A program made the translations under genes and the position numbers. Shown in pieces: positions 8,726-18,600 of a stretch of DNA of 64,000 nucleotides. The notes beneath the pieces are model-generated. The model was not told where the DNA came from and made no database searches. It saw nothing but the letters and a program-made list of their open reading frames with translations. The first letter of the stretch is position 1. Every line of letters starts with the position of its first letter. The DNA comes from Calditrichales bacterium. Lineage in GTDB: Bacteria > Calditrichota > Calditrichia > Calditrichales > J004. The DNA is taken from NCBI GenBank assembly GCA_015493745.1, contig WGCN01000029.1, positions 5,137 to 69,136 of the forward strand, read 5' to 3'.

Positions 8726-9448
8726 TTATTGTGTTTGCCACAAGCGTAGCCGGGGGGCACGATGTTTTATGCAAAAGGCCCCGGCATAGGGCGGGGAAAC
8801 AGGCAGGGCCCGCAACAGCCAATCCCCGGCCTGATATCCCGGATGGCGGACATCAAGCAGACGGGCCTCTTGCCCCGGAGTCAGGGTGACGTCAAAAGAG
8901 TGCAGGGGCATGGAGAGACCGAGTCCCGCCGCCTTTATAAAAGCTTCCTTACGGGTCCAGGCATTGAAAAATCCTTCTTCCCGCTGTTCGTCATTCAAGG
9001 CCAGGAAAGCCTGCACTTCCTTGTTGGAAAAAAAACGCTCGGCAATTTTGACCGTGGTCGTTTCCTTGCGAAAGTGTTCAATATCCACTCCCACCGGTGC
9101 CAGGGGGCTGATGGCGACAAGTCCCTTCTTCCCGGAGTGGGAGACGTTAAAGAAAAAGGGAGAGCTCGCCCAATAGGGTTTTCCCTGTTTGTTATATTCA
9201 AACTCTATCCGTGCCGGGGCGAGGCCGCTAAAGCCTCCCAGCCGTTCCTTCAGATAACCGCGGGTAATGGTATAGGCCCGTCGGTCCCTCTCAAAATAAA
9301 AACGCGCGGCCCGCGCCTTCTCCTTATCGGAAAGCAGGGCTTCAAACCGCGACAGGGAGGGGTAATCCTCAAAATCCAGCAGCCAGATGAAAAGTTCATT
9401 ACCGGCCGGTTGCTCTCCTTTGTAGTGCTGCCACATTACGGGTTTCAC
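8726..9448 (-). CDS. Sfp-type 4'-phosphopantetheinyl transferase
   Basis: Motifs GKPYW, FNVSHSG, VGVDIE and FFNAWTRKEAFIKAAG. The ORF-track start is a GTG; an in-frame ATG lies 12 nt downstream at 9436. Confidence 0.9.
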   Translation of the reverse strand: MKPVMWQHYKGEQPAGNELFIWLLDFEDYPSLSRFEALLSDKEKARAARFYFERDRRAYTITRGYLKERLGGFSGLAPARIEFEYNKQGKPYWASSPFFFNVSHSGKKGLVAISPLAPVGVDIEHFRKETTTVKIAERFFSNKEVQAFLALNDEQREEGFFNAWTRKEAFIKAAGLGLSMPLHSFDVTLTPGQEARLLDVRHPGYQAGDWLLRALPVSPPYAGAFCIKHRAPRLRLWQTQ

Positions 9449-9454
9449 GGAAAG

Positions 9455-10222
9455 TTACAGGGCCATGACGGCGCTGAGATCACGCATGATCAGTTCCAGT
9501 ATTTGTGCCGTATGTTTTTGCAGAAAAAAATGACCTCCGGGAAACATGCGCACGGAAAAAGAGGCGGTGGTATAGCCCTGCCAGGCATCCAAATGTTCCC
9601 GGGGCGTGCTTTCATCTTCCAGACCGCCGAGAATGGTCATGGGGATATTCAACGGCGGACGGCTTTGATGCACATAGGTTTCCACCATCTTAAAATCGGC
9701 GCGGATGATAGGCAGCAGCAGTTCCATCAGCTCCTTGTGTTGCAAAATTTCCGGTGGCGTGCCTTCGAAGCTGCGTATCTTTTCCCAAAAATCCTCATCG
9801 TTTAATTGATGAATGGGTTCTTCCCGGTCATTGAGGTGCGGTGCGCTGCGTCCGGACAGGAAAAGGAACGCCGGTTCGTTGTTATAACGGGCGGCCAGAT
9901 GATGGCTGAGTTCATAAGCCAGCGTAGCTCCCATGCTGTGTCCGAAAAAAGCGTAAGGCCGGTCCAGTTCGCCTTGAATGTTCTCGGCAATCTGTTTTAC
10001 CAGATCGGGTAAATGGGTCACCAGCGGTTCCATCAGACGCTGTCCCCGTCCGGGAATCTCCAGAGCTATGGTCTCAACGCTTTCGGGAAGGAGGCGGCCC
10101 CATTCCCGGTAAGCGACACTGCTGCCCCCGGCAAAGGGCAGGCAGATCAATTTTAATTTGGAATTCCGTTTTATTACGCTCCTGACCAACCATGGATTTT
10201 GAGTGACGTGCATTGTTTTCAT
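9455..10222 (-). CDS. Type II (editing) thioesterase
   Basis: LICLPFAGGSSVAYREW, nucleophile elbow GHSMGA, and a C-terminal GGHFF. The ~255-aa size is typical of stand-alone NRPS/PKS TEII enzymes. Confidence 0.9.
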   Translation of the reverse strand: MKTMHVTQNPWLVRSVIKRNSKLKLICLPFAGGSSVAYREWGRLLPESVETIALEIPGRGQRLMEPLVTHLPDLVKQIAENIQGELDRPYAFFGHSMGATLAYELSHHLAARYNNEPAFLFLSGRSAPHLNDREEPIHQLNDEDFWEKIRSFEGTPPEILQHKELMELLLPIIRADFKMVETYVHQSRPPLNIPMTILGGLEDESTPREHLDAWQGYTTASFSVRMFPGGHFFLQKHTAQILELIMRDLSAVMAL

Positions 10223-10834
10223 CTACCTTGCTTCTTTTCGATTGTAATAATAATGTCCCCAGGCGGTGATGACCGAGCCCAGGCTGGCCAGGGCCATATC
10301 CTTATGGGCGTCCCACACGTCGCCCTGGGTACCCAGATAGGCCTGCCCCAGATCACCGCCAAAAAGTTCCGCCACCAGCCATTCGATCAATTCATAGATC
10401 ATGGAGGTGGACATGATCAGGGTGACCGGCAGCAGATATTTTATAAACCCCTTTAGATTGAAGCGCGCCACCAGCCACTCCATCACCGGGATGGTAAACA
10501 AAAAGCCGTAGAGGAAATGCACCAGCCGGTCAAATTGGTTGCGTCCGGGGCCTAAATCCCAGCCGAACAGAGTGGCGGCCCATTCCTTATACGGCACATT
10601 GGCATAGGTGTAGTGTGAGCCCAGTACATGGAAATAAAGGAATAGAAACAGCATCACATAGGAAGAAACAGAGAGCATCTTCCTTTGATGGCTGTACCAT
10701 AACACCGGTAAAAAAAGAATAACCAGTATATTTTCCAGCAGCCAGTCCTTGCGGTCGAAAGGGGCGACGGCCGCCCAGATCCATTCCAAAACAAATAGGA
10801 TTATCAGAAGGCGCAGTAATTTTTTTTCATCCAC
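10223..10834 (-). CDS. Small polytopic membrane protein (possibly YjdF/DUF2238-like)
   Basis: 203-aa ORF with several hydrophobic helices (LLRLLIILFVLEWIWAAVAP, ILVILFLPVLWY, VMLFLFLYFHVLG). GTG start. No gap to the TEII gene. The family name is from memory only. Confidence 0.5.
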   Translation of the reverse strand: MDEKKLLRLLIILFVLEWIWAAVAPFDRKDWLLENILVILFLPVLWYSHQRKMLSVSSYVMLFLFLYFHVLGSHYTYANVPYKEWAATLFGWDLGPGRNQFDRLVHFLYGFLFTIPVMEWLVARFNLKGFIKYLLPVTLIMSTSMIYELIEWLVAELFGGDLGQAYLGTQGDVWDAHKDMALASLGSVITAWGHYYYNRKEAR

Positions 10835-10942
10835 AATGCTGTCCCTGCCTTAAATAAACCGTGACTCGGGTTCTTAACCGGATTTCCCGACAATACAGGG
10901 GCATAACCGGTAAATAAATATCTGCTAAAACAGTCCTGGAAC

Positions 10943-10964
10943 CATCGCCGGTAAACCGGCGATG
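10943..10964 (-). terminator. Perfect 9-bp stem / 4-nt loop hairpin 7 nt downstream of the MbtH-like gene stop
   Basis: The + strand reads catcgccgg-taaa-ccggcgatg. On the transcript it is followed by GUUCC rather than a U tract, so terminator function is uncertain. Confidence 0.3.
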
Positions 10965-10971
10965 AAAAGGT

Positions 10972-11184
10972 CTAGTTTTGCGCGTCCATTTTTTCGCGCA
11001 GGCTTTTAGGCCGCATATCGGTCCAAACCTCTTTTACATAGTCCAGGCACTCCTGCTTGCTGCCGGATTTACCGGCATCTTTCCAACCCGGTGCGTTTTC
11101 ACGGTCGGCCGGCCAAATTGAGTATTGCTCTTCATCGTTAACAACAACCTTGTAAACGGTTTTGTCTTCGCGTTCTTCACTCAT
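10972..11184 (-). CDS. MbtH-like protein
   Basis: 70 aa carrying the signature [28 protein letters not shown]...[15 protein letters not shown]. 4-bp ATGA overlap with the MFS gene. Confidence 0.95.
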   Translation of the reverse strand: MSEEREDKTVYKVVVNDEEQYSIWPADRENAPGWKDAGKSGSKQECLDYVKEVWTDMRPKSLREKMDAQN

Positions 11185-12596
11185 AATTGACTCCTTGTTT
11201 TTTTGAATTGTTCTTCAATGAAACGTTGTTTTTGTTCTAAAATCTGATCCTTGTGTACTTTTTTTATGGTGTAGCTAAATCCGGTATGGCCGCGTTGTTC
11301 CGGTGTTTGATAGGATATAAAACGCCGGAAATCGGAACTCAGCGATATCAGTATCACCGTGACCATGATGCCCCCGCCGGCGATGGAGTAGATTACGCTG
11401 ATGTCTTTGTCGAAAAAGTCATACATAAAGCCGCCCAGGGCCATACCCAGGGGAGCAATGGCTCCGGAAAGGGTGGTCAGCGTGCCGAAAACGCGTCCCC
11501 GTATCTTGCTGGGGGTGGTGATCTGCATCAGGGTAAAAATGCTGATGGTACTGAAACCATTCATCACGCCACCGATAAAAATAAGCCCCATGGCCTGCTC
11601 CGCCGTGCTGACCCGGCCCAGAAGAATGTATCCGATCGCTTCGAACATTAAAAAGAGAATCAGCAGAATCTTACGTCCCGCCCCGTGAACATTAAAGATG
11701 CTGTACAATACCGTTCCCGCCAGGGCGCCGAGACCGAAATCGATTAAAAGATAGCCGTACCACTGGTCGCCCAGCTTTAAAAAGTCGCGTACATAAAATA
11801 TGAGCAAAATGATAATCGGTGTGGAAAAAAAGGCGGTGGCGATGGAGAGATAAAGCAGCTTCTTCAAGCCTCGGTTTTGGCCGATATAGCGCAATCCTTC
11901 CCCGATGTCACTTTTAAAAGCTTTGAGATAGGCGGCAAACCCCCTGGCCTTTTCCGGCAGGCGCTGCGGGATTTTGATAAAGGACTCGCTGAGCGCCGAC
12001 AGCAGATAACTGATGCCGTTGGCAATGACCAGCACCGGCAAGCCTAAAATCATCAACAGTTGGCTGCCGAAAAAATAGCCGAAGAACTGGCTGATTTTTT
12101 CCGAAAACTTCCCCATGGAGTTGGCGCCGGCGATACGCTTCTCCGGTACCAGGTCGGGGATGGCGGCATTGATGGCCGGGGCAAAAAAAGCGCGCATGGT
12201 GGACATGGTCATCCCGGCAATAAAAACACCGGCGATGCTGTAAAGCGGCGGCATGTCCAGATAAAAGGTGGCGGCCAAAACCAGCATGGCCAGACCGCTG
12301 ATGATATCGGTACCGACTATGATGGCCTTGCGCGGAAAGCGGTCGGCCACGGCCCCGCCCAACGCACTCATCAGGATCATCGGCAGGGCCGTAACAGCGC
12401 CGAAAATACCCATGATGGTGCCCGAGTCGGTCATCTCCTTTAGCCATATCATGATGGCAATGTTGTAAACGCTGTTTCCCAGACGACTGACAAATTGCCC
12501 CTGAAACAGCATCAGGTAGTTTCGGTTAAACAACTTGTTGCTCGTAGACAGGCTGCGTGCTTCGTCTTTCAGAATCGCGGTTTGGTTTTGACTCAT
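11181..12596 (-). CDS. MFS transporter (DHA3/EntS-like putative exporter)
   Basis: 471 aa and about 12 hydrophobic helices. MFS-type loop [17 protein letters not shown]-terminal [22 protein letters not shown]. Confidence 0.85.
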   Translation of the reverse strand: MSQNQTAILKDEARSLSTSNKLFNRNYLMLFQGQFVSRLGNSVYNIAIMIWLKEMTDSGTIMGIFGAVTALPMILMSALGGAVADRFPRKAIIVGTDIISGLAMLVLAATFYLDMPPLYSIAGVFIAGMTMSTMRAFFAPAINAAIPDLVPEKRIAGANSMGKFSEKISQFFGYFFGSQLLMILGLPVLVIANGISYLLSALSESFIKIPQRLPEKARGFAAYLKAFKSDIGEGLRYIGQNRGLKKLLYLSIATAFFSTPIIILLIFYVRDFLKLGDQWYGYLLIDFGLGALAGTVLYSIFNVHGAGRKILLILFLMFEAIGYILLGRVSTAEQAMGLIFIGGVMNGFSTISIFTLMQITTPSKIRGRVFGTLTTLSGAIAPLGMALGGFMYDFFDKDISVIYSIAGGGIMVTVILISLSSDFRRFISYQTPEQRGHTGFSYTIKKVHKDQILEQKQRFIEEQFKKTRSQL

Positions 12597-12690
12597 ATTT
12601 TCTACTTTATGCTGTACTTTTTGCCCGATAAACTTAACTTTTTTTTACTATGGAACAAAAAAATTAGTTTACGGCGCCGTCTTCCTTTTG

Positions 12691-15600
12691 TTAACCTGTT
12701 TTTTCCCGGAGCAGCCGGTCCATAGCCGCCGCCAGTTCCCGCACATCGGGATTTTGCAGCATCGCTATATGGTCTCCGGGCACATCAATGATGTCGACAC
12801 GGTCACACAACTCTCCCCAACGCAAATCCTCTTTATCACGGTTCTCTGCGGAACGAAACAGGTGGATGGCGCCCGGCAGCGGTTTATGTTTGTATTTGAG
12901 CCAGGCCTGAATCTGGGTTTCGTTTACCGTGATATAGCGCTGAAAGTCGGCCACCCGGACAAAACGGGGAACCACTTTTACCTTTTTGGCCTTTTTCAAT
13001 ACCACTTTAAACTGCTCATCCTCGGGCAGCTTGCGCAGGGCCGCGGTATCCACCTTGAAGTAACGCTTGAACATCTCCGTCAGCATTTCGGCCGTATCTT
13101 CGGGACTTTTATGTTCTACGAAGGGACCCTGATCCAGTTGCATCAACAGGGACACCTCATCTCCGCGTGCGCGGAGCTGCCGCGCCATTTCATAGGAGAT
13201 GATCACCCCCAGCGACCAGCTCCCCAGAATATAGGGGCCTTCGGGCTGTTCTTCCTTCAGGGCGCTGATATAGGCCTCGGCCATCTCCTCCACGGTTTTA
13301 TGCAAGGCGGTTTTGCCGTCCAGCCCCTGGGCCTGAATACCGTAAAAACGCAGACCCGTGGTCAGGCGCCCGGCCAGTTCCTGATAGTGGTGTACGGCCC
13401 CTCCGGAGGGGTGCACAAAAAAGATGGCCGGTTTTTTTGTATCGCCCTTGGCCAGCAGCATCAGTTTTACACCACTTTCTTCTTTGCTTTCTTCCGTCAG
13501 CAGGGCGGCCAGGTGTTCGATGGTCGGTTCCTTGAAAAAGTCGATCAGGGTGACGTCTTTTTTAAATTGCTTCTCAATGGCGTTCAGCAACTGCATGGCC
13601 ATCAGTGAGTGGCCGCCCAATTCAAAAAAGTTATGGCGCACACCGATTGGATTGATACCGAGAATGGTTTCCCAGATTTCGGCCAGGCGTGTTTCCATGG
13701 CATTGCGCGGGGCGATAAACTCGCTGCCGCTCTCTTCCGGTCGTATGGCGGCTTCGGGCAGGGCGCGGTAATCCACCTTGCCGTTGGGCGTCAACGGTAT
13801 CTGTTCGATGCCGGTAAAAACGGCGGGTATCATATAGTCCGGTAACTGTTCGCTCAGGGCCGATTTTAAAGCGGCCGCATCAGCTTTTTCCTTCCAGATG
13901 ACATAAGCGGCCAGATAGGACAGGCCGTTGTCATCGCGTTGCAGGCTTAAAACGGCATCCTTCACGGCGGGGTGCGCGCGCATCCGTGCTTCGATCTCAC
14001 CCGGCTCAATGCGGAAACCGCGCACTTTCAGCTGGCTGTCCGCCCGGCCCAGGAATTCCAGATGTCCGCTTTCCAGCCAGCGCACCTTGTCCCCGGTACG
14101 GTACATACGCGCGCCGGGTTTTCCGGAAAAGGGATCGGGCAGGAAACGCTCCGCCGTCAGAGCGGGGCGGTTCAGGTAACCGCGGGCCAGATTGGTTCCG
14201 GCCAGATAAAGCTCGCCCGGAATACCGGTAGGGCTCAGGTTCATATTTTCATCCAGAACATAGAGCCGCACATTGCCCAGGGCGGTGCCGATGGGAATGG
14301 TGGCCCGGCTGTCGGCGTCGCGTACCTCATAGCGGCTGGCACATACGGTGTTTTCCGTCGGGCCGTAGGCGTTAAGCAGGCGGCATTTGGCTGACCAGTG
14401 ACGCGCCAGATCCGGAGCCAGGGCTTCACCGGCGGAGATAAGGGTATGCAGATCCGGCAGCGCTTCATCCTTGATTATGTTAAGCAGCGATGGTGGCAGG
14501 GTTACCGTGGAGATGCGGCTGTCACGCATCAGGTTGGTCAGACGGGTTGTGGATGTTTGCGTGGCCCTGTCCATCAGGTAGAGAGCCGCGCCGCTGACCA
14601 GCGTGGTAAATATTTCCGATACGGAGGCGTCGAAGCTGAAACTGGCAAACTGCAGACAGCGCCGTTCCGGAGTCAGTTGGAAGTCCTCGATCTGCCGCAG
14701 GGTCAGGTTGCACAAACCGCGGTGGGTAAGCATGGTCCCCTTGGGCCGGCCGGTGGATCCGCTGGTATAAATGACATAAGCCAGGTTATCCGGTTGATTG
14801 AGATAGATCGGATTTTCCGTCTTGTTGCCGTAGGTGCCGGGAAGGGCTTCGTCCAGCAAAATGAGCCGGGCGTCCAGGTCCCGGAAGCGATCCTTAAGCG
14901 AACGGGAAGTCAGTAGCCAGGGACTGTTGGCGTCCTTTAAGATGTAGGCGATACGTTCCAGCGGATAGTCCGGGTCCACGGGAACATAAACCCCGCCGGC
15001 CTTGATGACGGCCAGCAATCCCACCACCATCTCCATGGAACGTTCCACCGATATGGCCACCAGTTTTTCCGGCCCGACACCGCTCGCGCGCAGTAAATGG
15101 GCCAGGCGGTTGGCCTGGGCGTTCAACTCCCTGAATGTCAGGGAACGATCCTTAAAAACCACCGCCGTTTGATGGGGATAACGCAGTACCGTTTCTTCAA
15201 ACAGATGCTGGATCAGGGGCTGTCCGGGAGCGGGATGCTGCTCGCCCCGCCCGAGGGCGAGAACCTTTTCCCGTTCCTTTTCCGGCAAAAGGGAGAGCCG
15301 GAGCAGCGGACGGTCGTACTTTTCGGCCAGTATATCCAGAAGATAGGCAAAGCGTTCCTGCATGCGCCGGATGGTTTTTTCACGGAACAGATCGGTATTG
15401 TATTCAAACTCCACCATCAAGCCGTGCTCGGCCTCCATGGCAATCAGCGACAGATCGTATTTGGCGATTTTTTGTTCCGCTTCGATGGGACGTATGCGGC
15501 TGTCCTCCATGTCCACTTCACCGCTGGGGGTGTTCTGCAGGACAAACATCACCTGGAAAATGGGGGAGTGGCTCATATTTCTTTCCGGCTGAAGTATCTC

Positions 15601-18600
15601 CACCAGTTGTTCGAAGGGCAGATCCTGGTGACCGTAGGCATCCAGAGTATCCCGGCGGGTGCGGGTCAGAAGCTGGCGGAAGGTCAGTCGGTCGTCAAAG
15701 TCCGCGCGAAAGACCAGTGTGTTCACGAAGAAACCGATCAGCGCTTCCGTCTCCGAGCGGGTACGATTGGCAATGGGCGAACCGACCAATATCTCATCCT
15801 GCCCGCTGTAGTGGCGCAGAAAGGTTTGAAAGGCGGCCAAGAGGGTCATGAACAGGGTTACCCCTTCCCGCTGCCCAAAGGCTTTCAGCTTTTCCAGCGT
15901 CTCCTTTTCCACGGTGAAGGGAATGCTGTCGCCATTAAAGGTCTGTACGGCGGGGCGTTGGAAATCCAACGGCAGTTGCAGGGCCGGCGGGTTAAGGCCG
16001 ATGTGCCGTTTCCAATAGTCGATCTGTTTTTGCAGCACCTCATCCTTTAGCCAGGAGCGCTGCCAGACGGCATAATCGGCATACTGCAGGGGCAACGGCG
16101 GCAAGGGGTTTTCCCGGCCGCGCTCAAAGCTTTGATAGAGAATGGTGAACTCACGCATCAGGATGCCGACGCTCCAGCCGTCGGAAATAATGTGATGCAT
16201 GGTGAACAGCACCAGATGGTCATTGGGCGCTATGATGACTATTTTGGCGCGGAACAGCGGTCCCAGCTCCAGGTCAAAGGGCTCATTGGCTTCATCATTG
16301 ACCAGCCGCCGGGCCTCTTCCTCGCGGATATCCTCCGAGAGACCTGACAGGTCGATAACATCCACTTCGGTGATGGAGCGCGGATGAACATGCTGGTAGG
16401 GTTGTCCCTCTTCCACGTTAAAGGTGGTACGCAGCACTTCATGGCGCATGATCAGCGCCTCAACGGTTTTTTTGAAGGCCTCGATGTTCAGCTTGCCGCG
16501 GTGGCGGATGGAGGCCGGGATATTGTAAAAGGATTGATCCGGCGCCAGTTGATCGAGAAACCACAACCGTTGCTGGGCAAAGGAGAGCGGCAGCCGCCGG
16601 TCGCGCTCCACGGGCACCAGCGGAATGGACCGGCCGGCGCCCCCCTGGCGGGCGCTTTGCAGCACCAGAGCGGTGAAGGCGCTGATGGTCGGCGCCTCAA
16701 ACAACAGGCGCAGCTCCACTTCGGTTTCAAAACGATCGCGTACCCGGCTGACCAACTGCGTGGCCAGCAGCGAATGGCCGCCGATTTCGAAAAAGTTGTC
16801 ATGGATACTGATCTTTTCCTGTTTCAGTACCTCGCACCAAATGTCGGTCATCTTTTGCTCATCGTCGTTCCTCGGCGCCTGGTAGGGGCGGCGGGCGTCT
16901 GTTTCCGTCCATTGCGGTTCCGGCAGGGCGCGCTTATCCACTTTTCCGTTGGGCGTTAAGGGAAAGGACTGTAAATGCACATAGGCCGCCGGTTGCATGT
17001 AGTGGGGCAGGCGGCCGGCCATATGGGCGCGTAAGGCGGCGGCGTCAATCTTTTCCGGGGCGACGTAGTAGGCTGCCAGCTGTTGCTGATCACCGGCATT
17101 GCGCACCATGATCACGGCATCGGCTATACCGGGATAGTGGCTCAGTTGATGCTCAATCTCACCGGGCTCAATGCGAAAGCCGCGCAGCTTTAACTGTTCA
17201 TCCATGCGTCCTAAAAATTCGAGTACGCCGCTGTCCAGCAGCCGCACGCGGTCACCGGTGCGGTACATACGTGCACCGGGAATCCCGCTGAAAGGTTCCG
17301 GGACAAAGCGTTCCGCCGTCAGCTCGGGTCGTTTAAAATATCCGCGGGTCAGGCTGTCCCCGGCCAGATACAGTTCGCCGGGCACGCCAAAGGGTTGGGG
17401 GTGCATGCGGCTGTCCAGCACATAAACCCGGACATTGTCAATGGGCGACCCGATGGGCACGGTAGACTGCTCCGCCGGCCGGTTGAGCACAAAGCGGGTG
17501 GCGCAGACGGTGTTTTCCGTGGGCCCATAGGCATTAATCAGGCGCCGGTTATTGCTCCGCCAGCGGTTGGCCACCTCCATCGGCAGCGCTTCCCCGGCGG
17601 AGACCAGGGTATCCAGTTCCGGAAAATCTTCCGGGTTGAGCAGGGCCGACACCGAAGGAGGCAGGGTGATCGTCGTGATATGCTCATCGCGCATCAGCTT
17701 AACCAGACCGGGGCCGGGCATCATCTCTTCCTTGTCGGCCAGCACCAGAGTGGCCCCGCTGACCAACGTGGTGAAAATTTCCGATACGGAGGCGTCAAAG
17801 CTAAAACTGGCAAATTGCAGGCAGCGCTTGTGTTCGTTAAGCAGAAAGTCCTTGATCTGAAAGGTGGTCAGGTTACACAGGCTGCGATGTTCCACCATGG
17901 TGCCCTTGGGCCTGCCCGTGGAGCCCGAGGTGTAGATCATATAGGCCATGTTGCGCGGATGGTTGACGGGGGCGGGATTGGTCTCCGGGAATTCCCCGTC
18001 GATTTCCTCGTCCAGAAAAAGGATGGTATCCGGCCCGGCCTCCCGCAACACACCCTTCATCCGCTGCATCGTTTTTTGCGTGGTCAGCAGCATGCCGATG
18101 CCGGCATCCTCCAGAATGTAGCGGATGCGCTCATCGGGATATTCGGGGTCTATGGGCACATATACGCCACCGGCCTTGAGCACGGCCAGCAGGGCGATAA
18201 CCATATGGGGTGAGCGCTCCAGGGAGATGCCGACCAGCTGCTCCGCTTTCAGTCCCGCCTTACGCAACTGATGGGCCCGGCGGTTGGCCGCCCGGTTTAA
18301 ATCGGCAAAAGTAAAGCTCTGATGTTTGTAACGCAGGGCCTCCTTTGTGGCAAAGGTTTCCGCGGTCTGCTCAAATAGCTGCTGGATGAGATGGTTATCG
18401 GGAAAGGGACGCGACTCCCCGGCAAGCAGACGGGCCTGACCGGCAAGGGCGGCCGCATCCATCAGACTCAGGGCGCCGATGGGTTGAGCGGGGTTTTGGG
18501 TCACCTGTTGCAATAACAGCTTAAAATGTTCCATTAGCCGCCGGGCCGTGGCTGCTTTAAAAAGATCGGTGTTGTATTCCAGTTGCGCCTTAAGGGTGGA

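Noticed and set aside
8762-9805. 347-aa + strand ORF spanning the PPTase and TEII genes
   Set aside because: It is antisense to two genes with clear catalytic motifs, crosses their intergenic junction, and shows no family signature.
10837-10849. GGCA...GCA string just upstream of the membrane-protein start; considered as a second sigma-54 promoter
   Set aside because: GG-to-GC spacing is two bases short of the consensus, and the element would sit only a few nucleotides from the start codon.
12671-12680. 10-bp palindrome ACGGCGCCGT followed by a T run on the transcript, downstream of the terminal NRPS stop; considered as an intrinsic terminator
   Set aside because: The palindrome has no loop and does not extend into a longer stem, since the flanks are not complementary. 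The T run is separated from it by AAACTAA. The evidence is too weak to annotate.
13201-13240. The TE nucleophile elbow reads SWSLG (in LGSWSLGV) rather than a strict GxSxG
   Set aside because: The Ser nucleophile context and the downstream His region (PGDHIAM) are present. Small-residue substitutions at the first Gly occur in active alpha/beta hydrolases, so this is not enough to call the TE atypical or inactive.
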